Shown: positions 26,901 to 39,149 of the stretch, in pieces
Position numbering within the stretch: position 1 is the stretch's first letter
Layout: every line of letters begins with the position of its first letter
Origin: Stegostoma tigrinum
Lineage: Eukaryota
Direction: 5' to 3'
Length of the DNA stretch: 64,000 nt
NCBI RefSeq assembly: GCF_030684315.1
Contig: NC_081369.1
Span: forward strand, 2,532,689 to 2,596,688
Made by a program: the position numbers and the translations under genes
The notes under the pieces: generated by a model
The model's database searches: none
Seen by the model: the letters and a program-made list of their open reading frames with translations, nothing else
What the model was told of the DNA's origin: nothing

Positions 26901-27482
26901 TCAAAGGTGAAGGTGTGACAATGCTGTCACTTTAAGAAGGTTATTCTGTTCTTGGTTTTTTGGAAGAGAGTTCGTAAAGGCAGAGGTGAAAAAGAGTCTA
27001 GGGAGTACCAGTTTAACAATGGGAGGAGAAGGGCCAGTTCTCCCAGTTCAGGTATTTTTGAGATTGTTTTTCAGCTGTAGCTGTCACAAGATGTTCTGAG
27101 TACCGGAACTGTAGCAGGCTTCAGTGAAGTATCCCCTTGACTTTCTCTGAAACCACTCTCTGGATGTTGTTCCGTCCTGTCTGTAAGCATTTGTATTTGA
27201 ATTTTTTGCCAAGGGGTGTGTTTATGGGATGTTACTCAGTTCGAACAGTTAATTAGTTAAGTTGTTATTACAGGTTGGCCAGGTTTTACCAATAATTAAG
27301 TTACTCCAAATTCAACTTTCTTTTGTTTGTGTTTCAACCGTAGGATTTAAATGAATTTAGTTTTGCTTAAGGCTGATTGACCTGTTGCATCACACCTGGA
27401 ACGCCCTGTTCACATTCGAAAAGGTTAGGGTCTCGACTACCTGCTGAAAATATTTTGAGGGGATTTGGCCTGGTCCATAACA
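23960..27482 (+). mobile_element. Gypsy LTR retrotransposon, Gmr1-type (IN-RT-RNaseH order), degraded, with 3' LTR
   Basis: Integrase zinc finger (HFYWP...TCHTCQ, ~24325-24390) and core (IQSDQGSNFTS...STAYHSESQ) precede RT (PIQQHPYR, SKLDLLRG, INDLVIFS, INLAKSEF...TFLGH) and RNase H (~26350-26730). Confidence 0.92.
26914..27482 (+). repeat. 3' LTR of the Gmr1-type element
   Basis: Purine-rich aaaggtgaagg precedes TGTGA...TAACA termini, immediately after RNase H. Confidence 0.7.
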
Positions 27483-27526
27483 ATACCAATGAATGGCAGG
27501 CAGATTTGTTGGGCCAAAGGCATAAG

Positions 27527-27871
27527 AATCGTACAATTCCTATAGTGCAGAAAGAGGCTATTAGCCCAATTAAGTCTGCACCGACTCTCCAAAGAGAATC
27601 CCCACACATGTTCCTGCCTTATCCCCGTACCCCTTCATTTAACCATGGTTCATCCATCCAGCCTACACAACCCTGAATTCTACAGACAATTTGGTACAGC
27701 TGATCCACATACATATCTTTGGAATGTGGGAGGAAACTGGAGCACCCAACAGAAATCAACACAGACAGAGGGAGAATGTGCAAACTCCACACTGACAGTC
27801 ACCTGAGGCTGGAATCACTCCTCAGTCTCCGGCGCTATGAGAAGCAGTGCTAACCAATGAGCCACCGTGCC
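27527..27871 (-). mobile_element. HE1-like SINE
   Basis: ggaatgtgggaggaaactggagcacc core; ggcacggtggctc head on the minus strand. Confidence 0.88.
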
Positions 27872-28499
27872 CTCTTCTCCTGTATCTTATGGTCTCTATT
27901 CTTATGGAGTTTAAGTTTTTATTTAATAATTCATCTTCATCTGCTTTTTAGACATTTTTTCAAGCTTTGTTCATTGATGTCTATTTGTATTACTCCCATT
28001 GTTCTTTTGCTCACTTCTCATTATCCAATTTATCTTTCTCCTCAATTTCCCTGCTTTTTCTTCAAACACTTGCCTTTTCATATTGCTTTGTCTTTCTCTG
28101 TTAAATCTTTTTTCACTTGTAGTTGTAGCTTAGTTAGCTCCAGTTGTGATGCCACAATTTCTAGTTTCTCTTTATCAGTTGGAAATTTTGGATTTCAATT
28201 TGAAATTCTGCATCATTCCATAATAGTCCTTGGACTTCCATCTGCAATTTTTTGATGATCTTTCTTAGTTTAGCATTAGCCAAGTTTTAAGTGATCTACT
28301 GTTATATATTCCATTTCCACAAAACTCTCAGCAGCATACAAAATCATCTTCAAAATTCACAAAATTACTTTCCTGTGGTGAGATTTACTGATCCGATCAG
28401 CCACATATCAGTTATTTTAAAAAGGCACTGTTGTCTTTAAAATCCAATGAATTGAATCCCATGATTGCCATCACTTAAGATTCCAGTGATGATATTCGT

Positions 28500-29680
28500 G
28501 AACATATCTGGTCACAGAGTGAAACTGGCTTAATTGCTGTTCTGTAGTTGTTCTTCAGCAGGTGTCGGTGAGCTGCCTTCTTGAAACACTGCAGCCCCTG
28601 TGCAGTAGGCTGACCCAACAATGCCTTCAGTGACAGAAATCCAAGATTTTCATCCAATGGTAGTGAAGGAATGGTAATACATTTCCCAGTCAGGATGGTG
28701 ATTGGCTTGGAGGGGAACGTGCACGTTCCTATTTGCCTGCTGCCCTACTCCTTCAAGATTGATATGGTCATGGGTTCGGAAGGTGCTGTCTGAGGGTCTT
28801 TTTGCAAATTTCTGCACTATATCTTGTCATAAGTACATGCTGCTGGTAATGAGTGCTGGTTCTGTAGAGAATGGATGCTTGTGGATGTGTTGCCAATCAA
28901 GTGTGCTGCTTTGCCTTGGATAGTGTAAGGTTTCTTGAATGTTTCTGGAGCTACACCTTTCCAGGCAACTGGGGATATTTCCATCAAACTCCTGACTTGT
29001 GACTTGTACATGGTGGACAGGCTGTGGGGAGTCAAGAGGTGAATCACTCAATGCAGTATTGCAAATGTTTTAACTGCTTTTGTAGCAATTTTGTTTATGT
29101 GGCAAGTCCAGCTGAATTTCTAGTCAACGGTATCCCCAGTGATGTTAATTCAAGGGTCCTGGGGAGAGATCAGTAATGATAATGCCATTGAATGCGAAGG
29201 GACTATGGTTAGATTTTCTCTTATTGAGATAATCAAAGCTTGGCATTTACATGGCACAAGCACTACTTCCCTCTTGTCTGCACTAGCCTAGATATTGTCC
29301 AGAGCTTGTTGCGTTTAAATATGGACTGCATCCATTTGTAAGAAGTTGTGAATGGTGCTGAACATTTTGCAATCAGTGGTAAATGTCGCCACTTCCGACT
29401 GTATGATGAAGGAAACGTCATTAATGATCATCTGAAATGGTTGGGCCCAGAATACTGTCCCTGAGAAACTCCTGCAGTGAAGTCCTGGAGCTGAGATGAT
29501 TGAGCTCCAGCAATCACAACCATCCCTCTATGTGCTGTGTATGACTCTAACCGCCAAAGAGTTGATCCTTGCAACTCCAATGTTGCTCGGGCTCCTTGAT
29601 GCCATCCGCAGTGGAATATGGCCTTGGTGTCAAGCACTGTCACTCTCATCTCACCTCTGGAATGCAGCTGTCTTGTACAT
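28500..29680 (-). mobile_element. CR1-group (L2/Crack-like) LINE fragment
   Basis: Minus ORFs give VTVLDTKAIFHCGWHQG (RT LDIxxAFDxVWH), AGVSQGQYSGP and MYKSQVRSLME. Confidence 0.85.
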
Positions 29681-29984
29681 GTTTGAACCAGGGCTATAAT
29701 CATTTTCCAGCAAGTGGTCCATTTTTGATTGGTTATACCATTAAATGTTCCACTCATCACGGACATCACATAATTGCATCTTCGAAAACAAACATATATC
29801 CTCCATTAGACAGTGAAATCAAAACAATGTGCAGTATTGCAACTGAAATCTCATCAAAATCCTTTGTCTTTGCAGAAGCTATTCCTTTCATTCACACATT
29901 TAACCTTGTTCAATAAAAAGAAAATCCTGCCTTTCTATTTACACATTCACTTCCAGAAACTGACTAATTGTGTCAAAAATATGA

Positions 29985-30245
29985 TTTTTCAAATGTTACG
30001 CATTCCTGCAAAAAGGATAAATTTCTTCACACTGTAAGTTGTGAGTTTGTGGAATTCTCTGTCACAGAAAATGGTTGGGGCTACAAAATTCAATGATTCC
30101 AGGAAGGAGTTACATACAGTTCTTTGTGTTAAAGGAGCCAAAGGTACCAGGAGAAAGTGGGAACAGGGCACCACCTGGTCATACTTACTGATGGAGCAGC
30201 CTCGGAAGGTTCACATGGCTGTCTAATGCTCCTACATTCTATACT
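29985..30245 (+). mobile_element. CR1 LINE 3' fragment
   Basis: ttcttcacactgtaagttgtgagtttgtggaattctct (FFTxRVVSLWNSL) and 3' UTR. Confidence 0.65.
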
Positions 30246-31867
30246 TACTTAAATATCAGTATTACAGTTAATTGTCTGTTTGCATTTGAACATACCTGTT
30301 CTGAGATCATAACATGAATTTAAAGATAAGTGAAATGCCTCATAAGAAAACAATGAGAGATTAGATTGGTGCAATATGCTTTGTAATATAGTCCAGAAAA
30401 AAAAGTTTCACTAATTTCTGGCTGAGATGTTACCCTTTAAGTTGCAATTCATGGGAAAACTACATTAATCATACTATTACTTTTGAAAAGAATTAATTTG
30501 TATGTTTAATCCTTCATGGTTGCTTCAAAAGTCAATCCACTCAGTTCTCTTATATCATTTCAATCAATACGGCATTATATTTTTTCTTGTACAGAGACAT
30601 CAGTTGTCATTTTCTTTAAGAAAAAGCAAAACTTCCTTGGACATGTACATCTTAGCACAGGGCACAGGTGAAATAATACTAATGTTTTAAAACTTGAACA
30701 ATGGGTTATCAGAAACTGAATTGGTGAAATTATATCAGCAAACATAAATAACTGAATAGTTGGGATATTTCTTTGAGCAAGTTCAGAGTACAATGTCCAG
30801 AATCCTGAATACTTGATATTATTGAGATCGGAAGCAAATATAACAATGGACACCCTCATCAATACCAGACTGTGAGATGTGACAACTGGTGTAGATTAAG
30901 GGTGCATGATGTGTACACTGAGATTGGCAAATTGCTATGGTAGTTGTGATGATCCCAGCTGATATCTTATTTTAACCAGATAAATCAGAAACCAGTTAGG
31001 AGTCTGGTTGATAGATCATAGATTTATTTGGTTGGTTTAATTAGTGTCAATCCATGAAAACAAAAGCACACTGTCCTTTAGATTTTGCTTTATCAACAAA
31101 GCAAATGCATTACAAAAAAGCAAAGATAAAATAATATGAACAAAACTATAAACTTCCATAAAAATTCAAAGACTATAAGCACACAGTAAAATGTACAATT
31201 CCATTAAACACAAAACACTTTTGTGTAAATTGATAAGAAAGAAATGAGCTTTTAAGTCGTATCCAAAACATAATGCCAGTGCAGTTCCCAATACAGCTTC
31301 CATAAATTATTTTACAAAAGCAATTGCACAACGTACTTCCAAGTTAACTATTAACATCAGATACAGTGGTGGTGAGGTGGCGGGGTGGTGAAGCTCGTCA
31401 GTAACACAAAACTAGTAACTCAAGCACACACTAAACATTATACATGTAAATCCAATCGGAATGGGTAGCAATGAAGGAAAAATAACTTGAATGGAAACAA
31501 ATACCTGGTTAATTTATCTGAATAATATAAAGCTTGACATGAGCTCTGTTTACAGGAAACAATCAACAGATCATCCCTCAAATTAGAACTCATGTCAGTA
31601 TGAAACTGGAGCAACTGCTGGACCCCAGAAATGCAAAAAGAAAATGAACATTATAAACATTAAATGTTCTTGACTTGTTAAGGTACATATTTCTGAGATG
31701 CTGCAAACTGTTTTGCAGGAATACTTTGTTGAAAAGGTGGGTTCTCGAGGTTCAAACATTGGGCGGAACATTGGATGAAAAAAAGCACTTCTATTTGCTC
31801 CCTGCACTTTAAGAGTCATGTTTAAACTGCAAATATTGCCAATTGATGAAAATCAACAATGCATGAG

Positions 31868-32240
31868 CAATGTCAATGGTCTGGTAATTCAGTCGCCCAG
31901 ACCAATTTTCGGAGAAGATGTGTTAAATTTCCTCCATGGTAGAAGTGAAAACCTGAATGTAATTTGAGAATTTGGAATTGAAAGTTACTCTAATTCTGAC
32001 CGTATAACACTCATGACTTTAGTGGAAGAAAAAGTATTGGGATCATTAATGCCTTTTACAGAAGGAAACGTCCTGTCCTGAGTAGGTCCGACATGAATGT
32101 GATTCAAGACCCAGAGTCATGTGATTGACTCTTAATGGCTCTCTGAACTGTCCTTGGAACCCACTCAGTTAAAGTGCAATTAGGTTCGGACAATTAATGC
32201 TGGCCCAGCCAATGACGCCCGCATCCAATGAACAAATTAA
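31868..32240 (+). mobile_element. Deu-domain SINE (SacSINE/AmnSINE-related)
   Basis: Degenerate Deu core (cattaatgccttttacagaaggaaacgtcctgtcctg...atgtgattcaagaccc) and a tail shared with the L2/Crack-like LINE. Confidence 0.7.
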
Positions 32241-33247
32241 AACACTGTATTGTAGCCAATTATCACTTGGGCCTATTGAGATTCACAAAAGGAAAAAAAA
32301 AGGCGTAACTACTTTTACACAACATGGTTAAAGTGGAATGACACAGGACTGTTAAACTCAGAACTATTGCTTGAGTTATAGTGGGTCAAACAGCCAATTA
32401 AAACCAAAAAAATGTCATACAACATGAACAAATTAAAAAGAATAAGTAATGAAAAAGCTGATATATATTTGGCACAGCTAGAACTGTCCTACACTGAAAC
32501 AAAAGGCAAAAGGAAATCAAAATATCAATATTTTCAGAAAGTAACTAACAGTGAACTGGTGAGGAAAATCTGATGGTATAGGAGTTTTCAGAAAGCTATA
32601 GTGGAGAGTTCACGAGAATTATGAGTTTAAACGAAAACAGTTGCTACCTCAAATGGTGCAGCAAGTTTGAAGGCAAAATAGAGTTGGTTCATGAGCCATT
32701 AAAAGAAGAAAAAACACCAATGATATCAATATCACTTGATTTTTGTCCGAGTCCCATTAAATTTAGCTGCTGGCTTTCTCCACTACATTTGATGGATTTT
32801 TGTGTTCTGGCTTCAATGTTAATTTGGGACCATTCAAATTCAGAGCAGCAGAAGTCAGCTGGCATTTGTCCACACTATGTTCCATCTGTAAAACAACATT
32901 GAAAGTAATTCATTCTTGTTTCAAATTTCACTAAAAGTTAAGAATTCTTCAACGTTATCTCAAAACCAAATGATTGCAATTAAGGAATACATATGAACAG
33001 AAAGGTACCTCTGCATGCATTGTTCTTTCATCCTGTGGCTTAGGAATTTGAACATCCTTTGAATGGACCCAATTCAAGATCAGCATACATTAATCTGCCT
33101 TTAATAAAATTGCGTAGTGTAAACTAACAGTTGTAATTCAGATATGCAAAGTATATTAACCAAAGAAGTTAAATATATTGAAGTACCCGAGTCATTATTT
33201 TGGCCAGAATTTAAAGAGCCAGTTGGGTCTCACCCGAACAATACATT

Positions 33248-33265
33248 TGGTGCTGTGTGCAGGGT
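33248..33265 (+). promoter_or_regulatory. Retroviral primer-binding site, tRNA-Ser-like
   Basis: tggtgctgtgtgcagggt matches TGGCGCAGCGAGCAGGGT (complement of the vertebrate tRNA-Ser(UGA) 3' end, recalled) at 14/18, with two mismatches being CpG transitions; it lies 2 nt after a CA. Confidence 0.6.
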
Positions 33266-33408
33266 CTGAGTAAAATGTGAAAGAAACTGAAGGATACTTT
33301 GGCTCTGGAAGCATTCGGTGTCCCGGGATGGTCCTGTAACCATTGGTTCCGTGTGTCAGTGATCGGTTGGCTGCGGCAGGACCACTTGGTTTTGGGAAAG
33401 GCATTATA

Positions 33409-33717
33409 TTAGATTCCCTACAGTGTGGAAACAGGCCCTTTGACCCAACGAGTCTACACCGCCTCTTGGAGCATCCCAGCCAGACCCATCCCCCTATAAG
33501 CATACACCCCTGACCACTATGGACAATTTAGCATGGCCGATCCACCTAGCCTGTACATCTTTGGACTGCGGGAGGAAACCGGAGCACCTGGAGGAAACCC
33601 ACTCAGACACGGGGAGAACGTGCAAACTCCGCACAGACAGTTACCCGAGGCTGGGATCGAAACTGGTTCCCTGGTGCTGTGAGGCTGCAGTGCTAGACAC
33701 TGAGCCACCATGCCGCC
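33409..33717 (-). mobile_element. HE1-like SINE inserted in ERV gag
   Basis: Well-preserved head ggcggcatggtggctcagtg and V-domain core. Confidence 0.92.
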
Positions 33718-34067
33718 TGAAATTTCGGTACAGAATCCCAAGAGATGACTCTGTGCCATGAAGGGCTGACTCGGGGAAATAGGTTTCCCAAAGCAAACCA
33801 AGGGCGTCACCCACTTGGGGTGGATCCTGCTGAGCGGCCTCCCTTATGCTGCGCCGGGAGGTGCGAGATTGAAAGGAGGCGAACAGTTCATTTACCGCTG
33901 CGCTGGTGAGGGCGGCACAGACTGATCAGGAAAGAACGGATAAAGCCGAGTAGAAGCAGACGAGTATCAGAGATAATGGGAACTGCAGATGCTGGAGAAT
34001 TCCAAGATAATAAAATGTGAGGCTGGATGAACACAGCAGGCCAAGCAGCATCTCAGGAGCACAAAAG

Positions 34068-34097
34068 CTGACGTTTCGGGCCTAGACCCTTCATCAG
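34068..34097 (-). ncRNA. Minimal hammerhead-like motif
   Basis: Exact reverse complement of CTGATGAAGGGTCTAGGCCCGAAACGTCAG. Confidence 0.7.
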
Positions 34098-36902
34098 AGA
34101 GGGGGATGGGGAGAGGGAACTGGAATAAATAGGGAGAGAGTGGGAGGCGGACCGAAGATGGAGAGTAAAGAAGATAGGTGGAGAGAGTGTAGGTGGGGAG
34201 GTAGGGAGGGGATAGGTCAGTCCAGGGAAGACGGACAGCTCAAGGAGGTGGGATGAGGTTAGTAGGTAGATGGGGGTGCGGCTTGGGGTGGGAGGGAGGG
34301 ATGGGTGAGAGGAAGAACCGGTTAGGGAGGCAGAGACAGGTTGGACTGGTTTTGGGATGCAGTGGGTGGGGGGGAAGAGCTGGGCTGGTTGTGTGGTGCA
34401 GTGGGGGGAGGGGACGAACTGGGCTGGTTTAGGGATGCAGTAGGAGAAGGGGAGATTTTGAAACTGGTGAAGTCCACATTGATACCATATGGCTGCAGGG
34501 TTCCCAGGCGGAATATGAGTTGCTGTTCCTGCAACCTTCGGGTGGCATCATTGTGGCACTGCAGGAGGCCCATGATGGACATGTCATCTAGAGAATGGGA
34601 GGGGGAGTGGAAATGGTTTGCGACTGGGAGGTGCAGTTGTTTGTTGCGGACTGAGCGGAGGTGTTCCGCAAAGCGGTCCCCAAGCCTCCGCTTGGTTTCC
34701 CCAATGTAGAGGAAGCCGCACCGGGTACAGTGAATGCAGTATACCACATTGGCAGATATGCAGGTGAACCTCTGCTTAATGTGGAATGTCATCTTGGGGC
34801 CTGGGATGGGGGTGAGGGAGGAGGTGTGGGGACAAGTGTAGCATTTCCTGCGGTTGCAGGGGAAGGTGCCGGGTGTGGTGGGGTTGGAGGGCAGTGTGGA
34901 GCGAACAAGGGAGTCACGGAGAGAGTGGTCTCTCCGGAAAGCTGACAGGGGAGGGGATGGAAAAATGTCTTGGGTGGTGGGGTCGGATTGTAAATGGCGG
35001 AAGTGTCAGAGGATAATGCATTGTATCCGGAGGTTGGTAGGGTGGTGTGTGAGAACGAGGGGGATCCTCTTGGGGCGGTTGTGGCGGGGGCGGGGTGTGA
35101 GGGATGTGTTGCGGGAAATACGGGAGACGCGGTCAAGGGCGTTCTCGATCACTGTGGGGGGAAAGTTGCGGTCCTTGAAGAACTTGGACATCTGGGATGT
35201 GTGGGAGTGGAATGTCTTATCGTGGGAGCAGATGCGGCAGAGGCGGAGGAATTGGGAATAGGGGATGGAATTTTTGCAGGAGGGTGGGTGGGAGGAGGTG
35301 TATTCCAGGTAGCTGTGGTAGTCGGTGGGCTTGAAATGGACATCAGTTACAAGCTGGTTGCCTGAGATGGAGACTGAGAGGTCCAGGAAGGTGAGGGATG
35401 TGCTGGAGATGGCCCAGGTGAACTGAAGGTTGGGGTGGAAGGTGTTGGTGAAGTGGATGAACTGTTCGAGCTCCTCTGGGGAGCAAGAGGCGGCGCCGAT
35501 ACAGTCATCAATGTACCGGAGGAAGAGGTGGGGTTTGGGGCCTGTGTAGGTGCGGAAGAGGGACTGTTCCACGTAACCTACAAAGAGGCAGGCATAGTTG
35601 GGGCCCATGCAGGTGCCCATGGCCACCCCCTTAGTCTGTAGAAAGTGGGAGGAGTCAAAAGAGAAGTTGTTGAGTGTGAGGACGAGTTCGGCTAGGCGGA
35701 TGAGAGTGTCGGTGGAGGGGGACTGGTCGGGCCTGCGGGACAGGAAGAAGCGGAGGCGGCCGCCGCATCTGCTCCCACGATAAGACATTCCACTCCTGCA
35801 CATCCCAGATGTCCAAGTTCTTCAAGGACCGCAACGTTCCCCCCACAGTGATCGAGAACGCCCTTGACGGCGTCTCCCGTATTTCCCGCAACACATCCCT
35901 CACACCCCGCCCCCGCCACAACCGCCCCAAGAGGATCCCCCTCGTTCTCACACACCACCCTACCAACCTCCGGATACAACGCATTATCCTCCGACACTTC
36001 CGCCATTTACAATCCGACCCCACCACCCAAGACATTTTTCCATCCCCTCCCCTGTCAGCTTTCCGGAGAGACCACTCTCTCCGTGACTCCCTTGTTCGCT
36101 CCACACTGCCCTCCAACCCCACCACACCTGGCACCTTCCCCTGCAACCGCAGGAAATGCTACACTTGTCCCCACACCTCCTCCCTCACCCCCATCCCAGG
36201 CCCCAAGATGACATTCCACATTAAGCAGAGGTTCACCTGCACATCTGCCAATGTGGTATACTGCATCCACTGTACCCGGTGCGGCTTCCTCTACATTGGG
36301 GAAACCAAGCGGAGGCTTGGGGACCGCTTTGCAGAACACCTCCGCTCAGTCCGCAACAAACAACTGCACCTCCCAGTCGCAAACCATTTCCACTCCCCCT
36401 CCCATTCTCTAGATGACATGTCCATCATGGGCCTCCTGCAGTGCCACAATGATGCCACCCGAAAGTTGCAGGAAAAGCAACTCATATTCCGCCTGGGAAC
36501 CCTGCAGCCATATGGTATCAATGTGGACTTCACCAGTTTCAAAATCTCCCCTTCTCCTACTGCATCCCTAAACCAGCCCAGTTCGTCCCCTCCCCCCACT
36601 GCACCACACAACCAGCCCAGCTCTTCCCCCCCACCCACTGCATCCCAAAACCAGTCCAACCTGTCTCTGCCTCCCTGACCGGTTCTTCCTCTCACCCATC
36701 CCTCCCTCCCACCCCAAGCCGCACCCCCAGCTACCTACTAACCTCATCCCACCTCCTTGACCTGTCCGTCTTCCCTGGACTGACCTATCCCCTCCCTACC
36801 TCCCCACCTACACTCTCTCCACCTATCTTCTTTACTCTCCATCTTCGGTCCGCCTCCCCCTCTCTCCCTATTTATTCCAGTTCCCTCTCCCCATCCCCCT
36901 CT

Positions 36903-36932
36903 CTGATGAAGGGTCTAGGCCCGAAACGTCAG
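36903..36932 (+). ncRNA. Minimal hammerhead-like motif
   Basis: CTGATGAAGGGTCTAGGCCCGAAACGTCAG, intact. Confidence 0.7.
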
Positions 36933-37029
36933 CTTTTGTGCTCCTGAGATGCTGCTTGGCCTGCTGTGTTCATCCAGCCTCACATTTTATTATCTTCGAA
37001 GCAGACTAGTACCACCTGCAACGAAAGCT

Positions 37030-37290
37030 AAAAAAAAATACTGGGAATCACAGCGGGTCAGGCAGCATCCATGGAGAGAGAGCAAGTTAACGTTTCGGGT
37101 CTAGATGACCCTTCACCAGAGCTGGTGAAGTCCTGGAGGAGGCAGCATTTATACAATGGGGTGTGGGGAGGCAGGAGTGCTGGGGGAGAAACAATGTTGA
37201 TAGTGCAGATTAAGTGATCGGAATGTGAGAAGGGCAGAACAATGGTCTGTGTAACTGCCGGGCTGGTAAGAACAGACAGTCAAACTGTAT
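37030..37290 (-). mobile_element. Penelope 3' fragment (family B-related)
   Basis: Reverse complement contains CTGGTGAAGGGTCATCTAGACCCGAAACGTTAAC and the gatgctgcctgacc tail motif. Confidence 0.7.
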
Positions 37291-38200
37291 AACCTGCAAA
37301 TTGGCCACATTGCAGCACAAAAAGCGGGTGAGTACGAAAAATCAAACAAACTAGAAAGTGAATCCAGCTGAAGTTCCCTTTTTATTAACTTCACCTGGTC
37401 TCCAATTACTGGGACTCATATTCATTCGATTTGGAGTACGAGGGGACTGATGGGGAAGGAGACTCTAATGTTGATAATGTGCCCTTTAGCTCGTTAGTAA
37501 CTAATACAGCTAAGGGGGCACGGCCAGCAGACGCCCCACAGTATGCTCGCTTTGTTCGGGATTACTCACTGACAGAATTACAGGATTTGGGAAAAAAATA
37601 TTCCGGCAGAAAGCAGGGCAAGGGGAGATTGGATTAACCGGCTGTGGGACTCGGTAGCGTCAAATGTTTCTCTCAATAATGAGGAGCCTTGTCTAAATAC
37701 ACAGCCACACAGAATGCTCAACATGGAGCACAGGGAACAGGAGCATTAGCTGCTTGGACACGCATAGCAGTGAGAACTAAGTATCCGGATCACTCATGGA
37801 TTGGGAGCAGGAAGCTGTTCCGTAGCGTAAAACATCATAGCGAAGTGCCCGATTCCAGAGTTAGCTGCACAAACGGGATTGTGCACGATCAATTTCCAGG
37901 GATGGGCCTAGAAGCTTTCACAACCCGAATGAGAATCCAGCTCATGCACATTGGATCAAGTCATCTCAGAGGGACGCTGCTGGCAATGTAGGGGCGAGCT
38001 CAGGGCAGACCAGTTGGTGAAGTTGTAATGTTGTTTGGACAGTTAGTGGATGCGGAAGTGCGCCAAGCTCATGCAGGAGAGCGGTAACAAGGGAAACCCA
38101 GGAAAGGACGGGTTTGCTGTGTTGTGGAAAACTGGCACGGGCAGGCCCGTAATAGACAGAAAATGCATGGTATCACCACCAGTGTTCCCTCTGAAAGAAG
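37290..38200 (+). pseudogene. gag: ERV gag remnant (ERV-L Gag/Fv1-like); N-terminal pieces at 33275-33400 and 33720-33968
   Basis: VRDYSLTELQDLGKK/FRQKAG...GDWINRLWDSVASNVSLNNEE (37554-37686) fits the ERV-L Gag pattern Y-x3-EL...RQ..GE...W..R.WD.G....L...E. Upstream pieces read VPGWSCNHW and LGWILLSGL. Confidence 0.8.
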
Positions 38201-38429
38201 AATTGTAAATCCGGTAAGGGACCAAAGGGGGGATCAACCCCGTCCATGGTGTGAGGCACCAATTCTGATTCAGATGCTCCTTTGCAGAGAAAGGAAAAAA
38301 AGGGATACATCAGAGTTGCTTCTGTGGCCTCCATGAGGGGAACTGGAGCAGATGTGGAGAGTGAGTAATCCCCTAGACGGGGAAGGCGGTCGGGACAGTG
38401 AGATGTGACCAAAAGGGGAATCGACTCAG

Positions 38430-39010
38430 GAATCGAGACGCCATACATCTGCATAACAATTCATTGGAGAAATGGAAATAAACAGCACATTGTGGCATTG
38501 GATCTCCCAGATATTGTAACATTCCCGGAGCAACTGTCATTGGGAACCAATGAATGGTTTGCCGGAATCTACCTACCGAATACTTTCATTTCCTTGATGA
38601 GAACTCACAGAATCAGTTTGCTTTCACATGGGAGGGCAGAGAGCACACAGTTTGTAGGTTACACGGGGCTACTTGCACAGTCCAACTCTTTGCCACGGTT
38701 TAATGGACAGGATCTGGAGATGCTCCCTCTCTCCAGCGATACATGGCTCTCAGGAAGTAAAAGCCGAAGACACGGCTACTTTGACTCAGCACTTACGGAA
38801 TAAAGGCTGGGAAATTAATCCTAAGAAAATCCAGAGATCAAGCCGGTGTCTTATTTTGTTGAGAATACAATGGGCCGGGGAGACGGTGTGATTCCTGACA
38901 ATGTCAGATATAAAATCAGTGAGATGCAAGCCTGGACTGCTAAAGAAATGGCCCAAAGCTTTGTGGCGATGTGGGGTTGTTGAAGAAGGCAAGTCCCTCA
39001 CTTAACCTAA
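38430..39010 (+). pseudogene. pol: ERV protease N-terminus fused by deletion to RT
   Basis: PYICITIHWRNGNKQHIVALD | LPDIVTFPEQL...WFAGIYLPNTFIS / QNQFAFTWEG / GYLHSPTLCHGLM / HLRNKGWEINPKKIQ...IQWAG, characteristic of ERV-L-type Pol. Confidence 0.9.
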
Positions 39011-39149
39011 TGACACCTCACCACAGAACTGGTTTCTTACTTGGACTTTGGGACACAGAGCCTAAGGGAGATATTGCCTGGCAGTGGCTCAATGCATGGT
39101 GATTAGCTCGTATGTCAAAATACCACAGAGACAAAGGAGCGTAAACCGT

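Larger units (their letters stand above)
33969..36996. mobile_element. Young Penelope family A insertion: 5'-truncated minus copy (33969-~35756) plus inverted plus copy (~35760-36996)
   Basis: RT: KGVAMGTCMGPNYA...FLRYIDDCIG (35006-35803 -). GIY-YIG endonuclease: VVYCIHCTRCGFLYIGETKRRLGDRFAEH on both arms. Imperfect TSD gaagcagacgagtatc (33953-33968) / gaagcagactagtacc (36998-37013). Confidence 0.96.

Noticed and set aside
27857-28255. Hydrophobic 132-aa ORF as a membrane protein
   Set aside because: Antisense of a purine-rich, coiled-coil-like degraded sequence, possibly LTR-retrotransposon gag; too decayed to assign.
35809-36678. Longest ORF (289 aa) as a host gene
   Set aside because: It is the thumb/GIY-YIG part of a 5'-truncated Penelope copy.
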